Below the pieces are notes generated by a model. The model had not been told where the DNA came from. It made no database searches and worked only from the letters and a program-made list of their open reading frames with translations. Of a DNA stretch of 64,000 nt, positions 1 through 13,346 are shown in pieces (positions within the stretch are counted from its first letter, which is position 1; every line of letters begins with the position of its first letter). Source of the DNA: Eledone cirrhosa (Eukaryota); NCBI GenBank assembly GCA_964016885.1, contig OZ024746.1:67146001-67210000 (forward strand), written 5' to 3'. The position numbers and the translations under genes are program-made.

Positions 1-334
1 ATCAGCGATCTTCCAACCTTCATAGGTATTTCATCGCTTTAAAGACCATATACCTACGATTGGTGCGAGCAACGGCTAAAGAAAGTCGTGGGACACGTAA
101 ATAAGGGGAACGAGCGAGACTGTAAATAATCAAAGATGGTAATGCAATGAGAAGTGAGGAAGAAGGAGTCAAGTCCCAGAAATGGATGAATATAAGTTCT
201 GTGAAATATTGGACGAGAGAGAATAAAGACCATCAAACCTGGTCGAAATGTGAGCAAGGAAAGAATTTCGCACAGGTCAAACGGGAGGAAGAAGGAGTCA
301 AGTCCCTCAGCACGCCATGTTTTCATATTCACAC

Positions 335-380
<46 letters not shown>

Positions 381-613
381 ATAGATATCATTCACGATTA
401 AAAGAGACACAAATACTATAGTTAAACAATGACTTGCTAGTTTCACGCGTGTAGGACAAGGATAAAGAATATCAGAATCTCTCTCTATCTATCTATCTAT
501 CTATCTATCTCTCGCTTTCTCTCTTTCTTTCTCTCTCCCTCTCTCTGTGTACATGTATATATATATATATATATATTATTCATATTTATATATAAATATA
601 TATATATATTAAT

Positions 614-674
<61 letters not shown>

Positions 675-862
675 CATAGGTAAAACAAATATAAATATAC
701 ACAATTCGTGTTAAACGACTTACTTAAAAGTACTGTAATGTAGCTATAATTTTATTTGACATGATTTTCATCAATATATAAGAAAATCAATATTATGTAC
801 AATATTATATACAACTTCCTAAGTATTTATATTGAGAAACATTATTTTGGACATATCACATA

Positions 863-1047
863 GGGCGGGGAATTGGCAATATCGGTAGAGAGTTGAACGC
901 CATGCTTTCTAGCATAGTTACGTCCCTTTACAGTCTGAGGTCAAATCCCGCCGAGGTTAACTTTGCCTTTCATCCTTACGGGGTCAATAAAATAAAGTAC
1001 CAGTAATGTACTGGGTAATTGCTGGCCTTGTGCCTAAAGTAGAAACA
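863..1047 (+). mobile_element. tRNA-derived SINE, family S1 (full length)
   Basis: tRNA-like head (GGCGGGGAATTGGCAATATCGGTAGAG ... GGTCAAATCCCGCC, A/B-box-like), body TTTGCCTTTCATCCTTACGGGGTC-ATAAAATAAAGTACCAGT, tail GGCCTTGTGCCTAAAGTAGAAACA. Flanked by the direct repeat TTATTTTGGACATATC (842-857 and 1049-1064), which looks like a target-site duplication (TSD). About 10 copies in the window. Confidence 0.85.
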
Positions 1048-1452
1048 CTTATTTTGGACATATCTATGATGAAAGACAATTCAAGAAACAAAAATGAAAT
1101 ATACAGACGTCCTTGTTGTGAGCTAAGTTAGAAGAACATTTGGTACATTAAAGCGAATGTATGCTAAACAAAACACAATAAGTCAAAATCAAAGTACATA
1201 AATTGCATACACGTATATATATATATATATGTGGGTGTACGTATATGTACATACACACATATATATATATTTCTATTTATTGCCACGAGGGCGCAAAAGA
1301 AGGGGACAAATACAAGGGGGGGGGGTCGTACACACGCCCGAAAAAAGTGTGCAACCCTTCTCCTCAGGAGCACAGAGAGAGGGTGCTCCCTCGTTCCTTC
1401 ATCTTTTCCATCTACAGGCTATATATATATTTATATATATATATATATATAT

Positions 1453-1850
1453 ATATTATAAAGAAAACGAAAAATCAGTGATGCATTATTTCGTGTTACA
1501 AATGTTTCGCCGGCATGTAGCTCGAGTCATGGTCCTTGTATGGATCTGGCTGATTCTACTTCTGCAGGTGCTTTCAGACATGGGTGTTACGTCAAAATTT
1601 GCTGCGGACGTAACACCCGTGTCTGAAAGAACCTGCAGAAGTAGAATCAGCCAGATTCATACAAGGACCATGACTCGAGCTACATGCCGGCGAAACATTT
1701 GTAACACGAAATAAATTAAGTCCAGATGCATCACTGATTTTTTGTTTTCTTTATAATATCTACACTCTACTCTGATGAATATCGAGTGCTAATTTTGGCA
1801 TACCGCCTATGGAAGCACCATAGCTACCACTATACACAACTATATATATA
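1453..1850. mobile_element. Fold-back (inverted) insertion in (TA)n, probable PLE 3' end
   Basis: Arms of about 140-150 bp (1453-1593 and 1607-1759) are near-perfect reverse complements with a 13-nt spacer. The right arm continues as an unpaired tail to (TA)n at ~1840. HHR-like topology at 1618-1708. Confidence 0.7.
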
Positions 1851-1854
1851 TATA

Positions 1855-2045
1855 GGAAAAAGTATGACCCCATCGGCAGAGCTCAAGCCGTTTCGACGGC
1901 TATTTCTGAGTCCAGAAATAGCCGTCGAAACGGCTTGAGCTCTGCCGTCGGGGTCATACTTTTTCCTATTTCCCACTCTACTACCCTAAGTATTGAGTAA
2001 TCTGGTGCGTTATGGTCCATCTGGTTCCTTACCACATTTCCTTTG

Positions 2046-2048
<3 letters not shown>
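1855..2048 (+). mobile_element. Fold-back PLE-tail family F2, copy 1
   Basis: ~54-bp inverted arms around the loop AGTC (1909-1912), then an unpaired tail to (TA)n. Homologous to 14734-14930 and 39525-39720. Carries the 3' half of a hammerhead: GAAA CGGC-loop-GCCG TC. Confidence 0.8.
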
Positions 2049-2090
<42 letters not shown>

Positions 2091-2093
<3 letters not shown>

Positions 2094-2443
2094 CGTTTCT
2101 GAATTTGTTTAACAAGATTCTTTATCTGAAAACGTGTGTTGAAACCGATATTGTTATGCTTTGGGAGGGTCATGTTGCCAATAAGAAACACACGCACCAG
2201 TTGCTTTCACTCCAATTTATTATAAATTAAATTTATAAATTTAAGAATTTATAAATTTCCGGTTGGTTGGTTGGTTGGTTCCATAACCGGACGGTTGTTC
2301 ATATATCGTCAAAGTTCTTTCGTCACACATTCTATGACCTCTTCAGTGACTGGGGATTCTTTTCCTTGTTTTTGTGCATCTCCTTTGTTCTGTCCTACGC
2401 CATCTTGTTTTTTGTTGGCGTGTGTTTCTTATTAGCAACATGA

Positions 2444-2446
<3 letters not shown>
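2091..2446 (-). mobile_element. PLE family A' 3' end (pseudo-LTR, pLTR) with short terminal inversion
   Basis: Homologous to 8360-8690. HHR on the minus strand at 2308-2350. Ends with GTGTGTTTCTTATTAGCAACATGAC, the reverse complement of 2169-2193. Flanked by (TA)n. Confidence 0.8.
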
Positions 2447-2532
<86 letters not shown>

Positions 2533-2974
2533 ACCTTTATGCTAGCGGTATCGTCGCGTTGACACGTAATTTAGTAATATATCAGAGAGAAAATAATGGA
2601 AAACAATGATAGAGAAAATAGTGAAAAAAATAAGATACCTGATACTCATCGTTTCTAAGATTTACAACACTTGTCAGATATAAGAACCGTTGTCTATAGA
2701 ACACTATAGATTTATAGCACAATCTTCTTTGGTGTCTTATAGAATTGGTAATCGATTTGTTTATGCGTCATTTGTTGATGAATAGACGAAACATGCTATT
2801 CTTCAGAAAATTTAGAAGTTAAGAATCAAGTGATGTGAGTTCGAATATCGAATGATGGATGTTATTTTTTTTTTTTAAATCAATTTTGTTTACTGTGTTA
2901 CTTTATAGCAGTGATAAACGTATGGAATTATTCTCTAGAAATATATTGTTTCCTTTCATTATTACTTAGTTTTT

Positions 2975-3082
2975 AGTCCCGCCGAGGTTAACTTTGCCTT
3001 TCATCCTTCCGGGGTCGATAGAATAAAGTACCAGTAATGCATTGGTGAATTGCTGGCCTTGTGCCAAAAGTAGAAACAATTA
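2975..3082 (+). mobile_element. SINE S1, 5'-truncated
   Basis: Matches the S1 body and tail from TCCCGCCGAGGTTAACTTTGCC to GTAGAAACAATT. Confidence 0.8.
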
Positions 3083-3211
3083 TTACTTTGTCTTTAATTA
3101 GCCTTTAAATTAGCTAAAGTATATTTATTTGTTTACATATGTACCCCTTTATATTTTTACCTCAAGTATCAGAAATATAATGCGGCTAAATGATTCGGTT
3201 CTATTTCACGT

Positions 3212-3390
3212 GGATTGGCAGTATAGGTAGAGGGTCGGACGCCATTCCTTCTAACATATTTACGGCCCTTGCCATTCTAAGTTTAAATTCCGCCGAGGTT
3301 AACTTTCCATTTCATCCTTACGGGGTCGATAAAATAAAGTACCAGTTATCCACTGGGTAATTGCTGGCCTTGTGCCAAAGTAGAAACAAT
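3212..3390 (+). mobile_element. SINE S1
   Basis: GGATTGGCAGTATAGGTAGAGGGTCGGACGCC ... GGCCTTGTGCCAAAGTAGAAACA. Confidence 0.8.
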
Positions 3391-4251
3391 TAATTGCAAT
3401 TATTTAATTGTTTAGATTGGATTATGTATGGTATGGTTGCATAAAACCTTTACTAATGTAAGACACATTTTCCTCGTCATAAAGTATAACAAACTAGTGA
3501 TTCAAATAAACCCCATATGACTCACACACCCATGTTTGTTGAGTTGTGTTTCCTTCTAGGTCAACGGATGTTTTTCCTGGGTGTTTACAAATTTACAACA
3601 TATCACAGTCTAAGTTATTTTCGCTCTTCCACCTCTACTCGTTCGACACGCCAACCCAGGAAAAGTAGTAACTTATGGAAGACACTGTAAATGATCCTTA
3701 CTTTGTTTAGCTGGTGATTCTCGACTTTAGTTGATAATCCCATATTTTATATTAGTTCAAATATAGACCTCAACGAGCGTACGTGAAAAAATTTAATTTA
3801 ACCTTTAACCTTTAACCTTTCCAAAATTAATAGATATCTCCCACTCAGATAGAAATTAAAGCTGATTCCTTATACATCAAAAAATATCTATCTCTACTAA
3901 CAACTATCCACCAGCGGTGTCATGAAAATACATGAAAATATTTCAACTATGATGCATTATTTCGGGTTATTCAGAATATTTTACTAAATCGCTATTATTA
4001 AATAGGTAAAGTTCTTTACTTATTGAATTTCTAGTTAAAATTTAAGCATAAGATGTAACATAATACGCAATTTCCATATTAGAGCTTTGTTGCGAACATA
4101 GATTTTTCCCTGTTGCGACGCCAGTGGTATTATCTATTTTAATGTGATAGTATATAGCACCAATTTTAAATAGAGAATCGTGAATAAATCATGAAGAATA
4201 TAATTTATCTACATTAAAGCCTATCCGAGATGAACTTCATATGCATTTTTG

Positions 4252-4288
<37 letters not shown>

Positions 4289-4289
4289 G

Positions 4290-4360
<71 letters not shown>

Positions 4361-4362
<2 letters not shown>

Positions 4363-5655
4363 CGGCGATGAATTAGTTTTGCGAGGTTTTTTATATGAAA
4401 TCGTGTGTCAAAACAAATATTGTTATACTTGGGAGGGTCATATTTGTGTAATATTGCCAGAATTAATAACAGAACACACTCACTGTTTGGTTGGTTTTCG
4501 CTTCTCGCTGTCTTTTATATCGGTAATCTAACTTACTCGGTCCTAAATGTTGCCATTGACTGAACGACGGTCAAAAATAATACAGATACAATATAGACAC
4601 AAACACATATATATAGTTTATCATAAATCTTTCGTTGCACATCTGCAACATCGTCAGTGGTGTTATATTTTCCTCCTGTTGTGTTGTATGTCTACGCCAT
4701 TTTTATTCAATCTGTCTATATATTTATTTATTTATTTGCTTGCTTGTTTATTTTATTTTGTCTTCCTTGCGCATGCGTTTGCGTGTGTGTATAGTGTTTT
4801 GTTTGCTGTGTGATGGGTGACTAGTGTGTGTTTATGTGCTTGTTGTTATTTTGCTTGTGTATGTATTTATTTATTTATTTATTTTATTTTATTTACTTAT
4901 TTATACTTCTCTTAGGTCAGTGTTGTTTGTTTCGGTGTTGTTGTTATGCCATTCATTCTTTCTGTTTAGCCTTGGTCTTCTAATTTCTATTTCACTGGCC
5001 TCTCTGATTTGCCTATCTGCTGGGTCATTTCTATGTTTAGATATTATTCTAATTTCTATGTTGTCTATGTTACCGTCATGTTGTTGTCTAGCATGTTCGC
5101 ATAGTACTGACCCGTTTTTTCGTCCTTTTAGTTCCCCCCAGTGCTGGTCTATACTTTCACCTATGCTACGAGCTGTCTCGCCTATGTATGTTGTCATGTT
5201 TCTGCAAGTATCCTCTGTACATCTTATGCTATAGACTACGTTTCTAGTTTTACAGTTTATTCGGGGGTTCACCTTACATATGATACATTTCCTATTGGTA
5301 CAGTGGGTTTTCTTAAAAGGGTCGGTTTTGCTGATCAGGGATTTTATGGTGGTTCCTGGCTTTTCTACCACCTTTATTTTTAAGTGGGTCTTTCTCAGGG
5401 CCTTTCTACACCGGTTAGCTAATTTCCCTCCAGGGGTGGCGTCCACAAACATGACACTCTGGTATCTCTGGTTGTCGTACCATGAGGTGGCTTTCCCTAT
5501 CTTATGTCTAGCCCTATCTAAGCTATTCCATGATTTGCTCCTGTATAATGGGCAAATTCCTTTCATGTCCAGTTCTATGAGGGTCTTATACTTTTCCATG
5601 GCACCTTCGTATACTCTGACTCTGTCTCTTTGGTTGTAGCCAGGCTGCATTTTTT
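4361..5655 (-). mobile_element. Penelope-like retroelement family A, 5'-truncated (C-terminal GIY-YIG endonuclease plus 3' pLTR)
   Basis: ORF 4901-5650 has a Cys-rich linker (CTNRKCIIC), the GIY-YIG motif VVYSIRC..C..YIGET.R and His residues (EHARQQH) of the PLE CCHH motif. The 3' region has an HHR core at 4620-4662 and ends in (TA)n. Confidence 0.9.
4901..5650 (-). pseudogene. PLE ORF fragment: post-RT linker plus GIY-YIG endonuclease
   Basis: Motifs MFVDATPGG-LA, KVVEKPG, VVYSIRC, YIGETAR, RQIREA, LNRKNEW. No RT catalytic core is present. Confidence 0.85.
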
Positions 5656-6094
5656 GTCTGTATCTGAATGTCTACATGCAGGAGACATTTCTACCGTTTA
5701 TAAGATCCTAAATGAAAAAAATAAATGAGCCATAAAATTAAACTAATTATATGAAAATAATTTTACATTTGTGGTTTAGTTTTATTGTTCGTACAAAGAA
5801 GTACTTGATATCGTGTTGATGAGTGAATATTTCGATATTTGTTTTGATAATTCTGGAAGATAATGAGTTAACAATACTTTTCTAATGCAAGGTTCATTGC
5901 ATTGGTTGTTCAGTGCTGGTTGTATTAGGGAGTAGTAAACACGTCGGTTTTCGTTAAGTACCATCCGTTGTTAAGAAATATTTTCCTTCTCGTTTGCTTT
6001 ACATTACCTGAATGGGTTCTAGAAATGTAAGAACCCAAAGGCTTGTTAATATAAAATTAATTGATTGATTTTGCTTCTCATCTTTCACGGTATA

Positions 6095-6840
6095 TAAGAA
6101 GATGGAAACCAGAAAGGCCATTTGGCAGTTTGAGTTATTTCAGACCTGACTCACTTCTAAACAACAATTGTTCATCTGTCATATTAATCATGTCGAAAAC
6201 GGGAATTAAATGTCAGTTTCCCTAAACAATACATGCCAGAAGATCCAGGAAGTGTGGAGGGAAAGAAATACCTCTAGTAGAATAGAAAAAAAAATTCGGC
6301 GCTTCAATTGATAAATTGTATAAGGAGTATTAAAGACGGAAAAAAGAAGTCAAGGATGACTGACAAGGCATTGCATAGCGTAAGATTTAGAAAGTTGATC
6401 TTGATGATCTATTTGACATTGCGAGCTAGGACGTTCTAGAATGAGAGGATTTCCCATCTGAAGACAAAGCTTTCCTTGAGACACAGCGAGAAAATCGGAT
6501 GTCTACATTATTCGCTGGTGTTGATGCAGAACCATTCAGAAAACGATAAAAAGAATTAGTGATATGAAAGCAAGACAGAGAAAGCAGGATGAATAAGTCA
6601 AGAAGATGTACGAGATAATTCTTGAAAGTTCATCATTCAGCTCAGCTATTAATGATGGTGATGAAAAAATCTTCAGGTCAGCACCACCCCAAAAATCACC
6701 ACAAATAAACCCGACACTTGATTCCACTATTGTAGCCACGTGTGAACGGGAGAAAGTAGCGGTATGACAAGCACGTACTTCTTACATATCCTTTGCGAAG
6801 AGACTTGGTTATAATGTGCTTGAACTCTCAGTTTCCCCCT
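6095..6840 (+). mobile_element. Decayed DNA-transposon (possibly Sola2-like) transposase N-terminal relic
   Basis: Translation from 6394 gives VDLDDLFDIAS*DVLE*EDFPSEDKAFLETQRE, resembling the LDDLFDIAH..ED..FL..QR N-terminal block of a widespread invertebrate transposase. Many stops; assigned from memory of the motif only. Confidence 0.45.
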
Positions 6841-7024
6841 CAAATATATATAGAGAACAAGAACCTGTCACCGTGAGAAGATGGCTTGGGAATTCGAGCT
6901 TTCCCACCCTAAGACAGATATATATATATATAAATATGTGTGTGTGTGTGCGTGCGTGTATGTATTTGTGTGTGCGTATATGTGTTTATATATGTATGTA
7001 AAGATTCGTTTATGTATATTTTAC

Positions 7025-7150
7025 AATTTTTTCATGTGAAATCGGGTATTGAAATATATATTGTTATATTTGGGGATGGTCATGTAGCCAATAATAACAC
7101 ACGCAGTATTTGGTCTCACTTTAGCTTTAATAGTATTATATATTGGTTAT
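7025..7150 (-). mobile_element. Degenerate PLE family A/A' 3' tail
   Basis: GAAATCGGGTATTGAAA..ATATTGTTATATTTGGGGATGGTCATGTAGCCAATAATAACACACGCA aligns with 2127-2197. Confidence 0.65.
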
Positions 7151-8080
7151 CGGTTATTATCAACCAGTAGGTAAATAACGAATCGCACTTTATAAAAGCT
7201 ATACGAGAGATCAGATTTAGATTCCTACAGGCGATGCTGTCCATATTTACTCTCTCTAGAGGCTTATATGCCCACATTTGAATCCTTCGTCGGATCATTG
7301 AATGAGAGTGAAATGAAGTCATGAGAAGTGAGATATGTTTAAGGAAAGATAGAAAACGGAAAATATTCGACAGAGAAAACACACGTGTAGTTATATTATA
7401 CGCGTGTACGGATATATTCTTCTTTCTTGTAATATATCAAATATCATGTGCTCCGGTATCCAATGAAAGAAATCAGTATTGTTTGAGTATCAGAAAATTC
7501 GTTTAACATTCATTTAAATCAATTACTATAACGTTCATTCATATTTGGGTATTTCATCATGTGTTGTTAATATTCAATCTCAGATTTTCTTACATTACTA
7601 ACTTACTTTAGTAATGCATTTCTCAGTCTGCTACAATCTACTTGGCTCATTTCAATGAGTCTAGTAAATACTAGAACTGCATCAATAAGTATCAATGCTC
7701 TTTAGACTTGAACTGCTTAACTACAGGCATACTCTACCAATGAATGGCCAAACATAATAATGATACTTTGAAAACTTGAATGATAAAAGAAACCATAATA
7801 AAAGAAATTAAACTGACTTCGCTTCAGCGAAGCATAGGCTTGCTCGTATTTGCAAAACGTTTCAAATGAAATAGAATACATAGATTTAGTAGAAAAACAT
7901 TCATTGGTTAAGAAACTGAAAAAAGAAAATAGAGAGAGCTTTGTACATCTGTGGTATACACATACACCCGCCCACACACACATACATATATATATGGGGG
8001 GGGGGGGGTATGTGAATGCACACACACACACACACATACATACACGCATACATATATATATACATAGAGAGAGATGGAGT

Positions 8081-8152
<72 letters not shown>

Positions 8153-8306
8153 GATGATGATGATTTCGCTAAAGAAATAGTTCAGTTTGTAATTACCAAT
8201 CAGCTGCCTTGCTCTAAACTTGTGCTATTACTTTTCCTGAAAGACATTTTCTGATTAAGCTATTGAAAATCATGACACAGATATATACTTAAGAGTATAT
8301 GCCTAT

Positions 8307-8362
<56 letters not shown>

Positions 8363-8582
8363 CGTTTCTGAATTTGTTTAGCAAGATTCTTTATCTGAAA
8401 TCGTGTGTTGAAACCGATATTGTTATACTTTGGGAGGGTCATGTTGCCAATAAGAAACACACGCACCAGTTGCTTTCACTTCAATTTATTATATATTTAT
8501 AAATTTATAAATTTACAAATCTACAAACTTATAAATTTCTGGTTGGTTGGTTGGTTCCACAACCAGATAGTTGTTTATATAT

Positions 8583-8627
8583 AGTCATAGTCCTTTCGTC
8601 ACACACTCTGTGACCTCTTCAGTGACT
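8583..8627 (-). ncRNA. Minimal type I hammerhead ribozyme (PLE A' pLTR)
   Basis: AGTCA CTGAAGA g GTCACA-gagtg-TGTGAC GAAA GGAC TA TGACT: stem I 5 bp, intact CUGANGA and GAAA, NUH = CUA. Confidence 0.8.
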
Positions 8628-9577
8628 GGGGATTCCTTTCTTTGTTTCTGTGCCTTTCCTTTCTTCTATCCTACGCCATTTTGTTTCTGTGTGTGTGTTG
8701 TGTGTTCAGTTTGCGCATGCGCCACATCCGGGTGTCTGTGTGTGTTTGTGTTCATTTATCTATTTGTTTATTTATTTATTGTTGGTTGGTTGTTTGTTCT
8801 ATGTGTGTGTGTGTTTTCATTTTGTCCTGTGTGTGTTTTCATGTTGTCCTTAATTGTAAGTTGTTTGTTCTATGTGTGTGTGTGTTTTCATTTTGTCCTG
8901 TGTGTGTTTTCATTTTGTCCTTAATTGTAAGTTGTGATGTTGCTGTTCCACTCATATTTTCTATTTAATTTTGGTGGTAATTCTTTTATGCTTACTGCCT
9001 CTGTAATTTGCCTAAACATTGCATCTTTTCTGTGTGTGGATTCTATTTTTATTTCTATGTTCTCTAATCTACCCCTGTGTTCTATCTTAGCATGTTGGTA
9101 GAGCACAGATGATTCTTTATTATCTTGAAGGTCTCGCCAGTGTTCATTTATTCGTTCCCCTATATTACGAGCTGTCTCACCTATGTACACTATATTTTTG
9201 TTTCTACATTGTCCTTCAGTACATCTTATGCTATACACTACATTTCTAGTTTTACAGTTAATATGGGGGCTTATTTTACAGGTTATACATTTCTTATCTA
9301 TACATGAGGGTCTTTGGAACGGGTATATCTTGCTATGAAACGGTATGTCTTGCTAATGAACGGGTATGTCTTGCTAATGAAAACACACACACACATAGAA
9401 CAAACAACCAACCAACAATAAATAAATAAATAAATAAACAAATAGATAAATGAACACAAACACACACAGACACCCGGATGTGGCGCATGCGCAAACTGAA
9501 CACACAACACACACACGGAAACAAAATGGCGTAGGATAGAAGAAAGGAAAGGTACAGAAACAAAGAAAGGAATCCCC

Positions 9578-9622
9578 AGTCACTGAAGAGGTCACAGAGT
9601 GTGTGACGAAAGGACTATGACT
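9578..9622 (+). ncRNA. Minimal type I hammerhead ribozyme (inverted arm of PLE A')
   Basis: Same motif as 8583-8627, on the plus strand. Confidence 0.8.
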
Positions 9623-9784
9623 ATATATAAACAACTATCAGGTTGTGGAACCAACCAACCAACCAGAAATGTATAAGTTTGTAGATTTGTAAATTTATAA
9701 ATTTATAAATATATAATAAATTGAAGTGAAAGCAACTGGTGCGTGTGTTTCTTATTGGCAACATGACCCTCCCAAAGTATAACA

Positions 9785-9820
<36 letters not shown>

Positions 9821-9948
9821 GTGGGGGGGGGGGTATGTGTGTGTATGTATATTATATGTGTATACATTTTAAAAATATATATATATTCATTTTATTAAGG
9901 CTGACTAGTGGAATAGTGAGATTTGTTATTGTGGAGTGTCACATATAA

Positions 9949-10002
<54 letters not shown>

Positions 10003-11309
10003 ATGTGTGTGTGTGTTTAAAGCTGCTTCTATAATTACATATCAGCAGCGTTGCTCCAATTTTTCGATTCTGCTAGGATGTTGGTATTTTATTTGTGTCT
10101 AACCCTCGTTTGACATATATTTATGCATACACTTTTATCTATATGATGTAGTTAATGAGATCAGGCCGTCACTATTACTATATATATCCAGGTTCAAAGT
10201 TTTGCTTAATTTTCCATATATTTTTAGATATTTGATCCATCAATAATTAATTTTTATAATGAAAACACAACGTCTATTTAATTCCACGCTGTATTTCCTT
10301 ATATTATTTGATCTATTCGTTCATTGTAATCGTAACGAACATCCGTTTATATACGAGTTTTTAATCAAAAGCGTAGCTAACGTTACGTCTGGTTCTTTCA
10401 GAAAAATTATTTTCCATAATATATGTCCGTAATATACTAAGACCATTTTTATTGACTAAGCATTTTCAGAAAACTATGATTATGTGTGTAAATAGGAACT
10501 CGCTATTATGGGATATATTTAGATATTTATTTGCCTTGCACAGGGTGTATCATATATTACGTCTGTTTAAATATCTTTATGAGTTTTTCTATTATTGTTG
10601 TAAATTTTTTGCGTTGGTGTTTAGGCCTGTGTCCTTCATTCTTTTGATATCTTATTTCTGGTCATTTATTTCCACACAATGTGTAGCCATATCAACATTA
10701 TGCGGAATATATTAATAATATATCTAAATATATTCCCATCCCTAGTTGAAAGACAAGAAATATTTTCTGTCTATTATTATAGTGGTATTGAAGATGTTAA
10801 TGGTTATTTAGGAATACTTGTTATTGTCGCGTTTTGTTCTCTTAACTTGAACTTTGTCTTCTACGTGACAGGACGCCTTTATAGGAATCAATTGTTCGTT
10901 ATTAGTGGTTGTCATTTATTTAAATTCTGATCGTCTCTATTGTCTTGTTTGATATTTCCTTTATTGGATTTATATTCTTCAGACTCCCATTTTTATTGAT
11001 AATCTATTTTACTTCAAATTTGTAGTTATGTGTTGGATCTCCTAGCAGTTTTTGTATTTTATTGTATGTCTGTTTAAATATATTAATAATCATTCGTATA
11101 AAACTGGTAATTACGATGGATAAACATCAACCACCACTCCATCCTCTACTTCCAGATATAACTAGGGTCAATGGCCAGAATGGCACAGCAGTAATAACTG
11201 AAAATCCCCAAAGCGTTGATATAAGCTACTAGTCACCACAAAATCACCAGCCGGAACATAATAGTTTTACCATCAACTCACTGCCACTGTTTCTGAGGTA
11301 CCTCCCACA

Positions 11310-11860
11310 TGATGTGCTAATTATTGGCGATTTTAACGCGTTAATTACAGGCAAAGTTCAATAAAGCCAGTGTACTGCCAGAAACGGCTTGTTTCTAGAA
11401 TAGTTTCTACATGAAAATAATATCTTGGCCGGGAATACCATTTTCCAGAAAGCGAAACGGAAACTGTGAACGAGTAGACCCCAAGCTGGGCATCTTTTCC
11501 GAAATTGATTTTATCATTTACAGAAAATGATAGTGAAACAACGTCCATGGTTTTCAGCGGCATACTTATCCTGCAGATGTAGGAAGAGATCATAAGAACA
11601 TCACGGGTAAAGTTAAACGAAGTCTTCGCTCAAACAGGAGATCCAGTAAGAAAGAGGTTTACCGGAGGGCGCTAAGTGGAGATGTCAATATTGCAAGAAC
11701 AGTTGACAACTTAATTGCTGATAAAATTGAATCCTTGCCAGCTGAAGAGAAAAGTTATACTTCATTGGTGCCCAATTGTAATGAAGTGGTGGGGAGGACG
11801 TTGTAATGGGAACATATTCCGGTCTAAACACAGCCAACGAATGAATTGACGGAGCTGGAA
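11310..11860 (+). mobile_element. Decayed RTE-type LINE, AP-endonuclease region
   Basis: Translates to VLIIGDFNA (APE motif) and FLHENNILAGNTIFQKAKRKL*T; frameshifts and stops. Confidence 0.65.
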
Positions 11861-11886
11861 TATATATAAATATATATGTATGTATA

Positions 11887-12346
<460 letters not shown>

Positions 12347-12486
12347 TAGAGAAGTGACACAGGAGTTGATATATATAATAGTAAAAGAGAAAAAAACAGT
12401 AACAAAATGCTAAAGGGGTTTGGTTTTCCATGAGAAAATCCTTTTAGCATTTTTCTACTGTTTTTTTTCTTTTTAATTATTACATT

Positions 12487-12522
<36 letters not shown>

Positions 12523-12524
12523 TA

Positions 12525-12575
<51 letters not shown>

Positions 12576-13182
12576 ATGTATATATATGCATATATATGCG
12601 TGTGTCTGTGTGCGCCTGTGAGTGAATGTGTGTCTGTGTGTGTATGTGTGTGTATGTGTGTCTGTGTGTGTCTGTGTCTGTGTGTGTATGTGTGTCTGTG
12701 TGTATGCGCATGGATATGTGAGTATCAGTGTGTGTGTATATGAGCAGGTGGGTGTTTGTGTACCGTTTGTGTATTTGGGGTTTTATTTTTCATATCACTC
12801 TCGTTATTTACCACTTAATTGTGTTTCACTCTATTTTAATCTGGTATATTCTATTGTAAGCTATGTTCCTCCATTGCAACAGTTATCATTATATAGTATA
12901 AAATATTTCCTTTTATTTTTCTTCTCTTTGTCAAGTATCTTAAAAAGCCCATAAAACAATAGCTGAGATTTGTTGTCCCTACACTGACATTTAATGTATT
13001 TTGTTATATTTTAATCTTAGTTATATACTTTCAAAAAATGTTTTCGACATCCTATATATGTCACTCCTCATTATATACACTTTTTACAACACCTCATATA
13101 TTTCTGATATCTCTACACTCATTAGCTGTCTGTCTGATACGGAGTCGGTAACTGATGAAGTATTTTGTTTTCACTCTTAACT

Positions 13183-13346
<164 letters not shown>

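Larger units (their letters stand above)
8360..9787 (-). mobile_element. PLE family A', 5'-truncated with inverted 3' pLTR
   Basis: GIY-YIG fragment at 8921-9300 (VVYSIRCTEGQC..YIGETAR..EH..YQHAKIEH..RQITEA..LNRKYEW). 9375-9787 is an inverted copy of ~8417-8820. (TA)n on both sides. Confidence 0.9.

Noticed and set aside
863-960. tRNA genes at SINE heads (also 40187, 54057, 59743)
   Set aside because: A/B boxes are present, but there is no complete cloverleaf and they continue into SINE bodies, several with TSDs.
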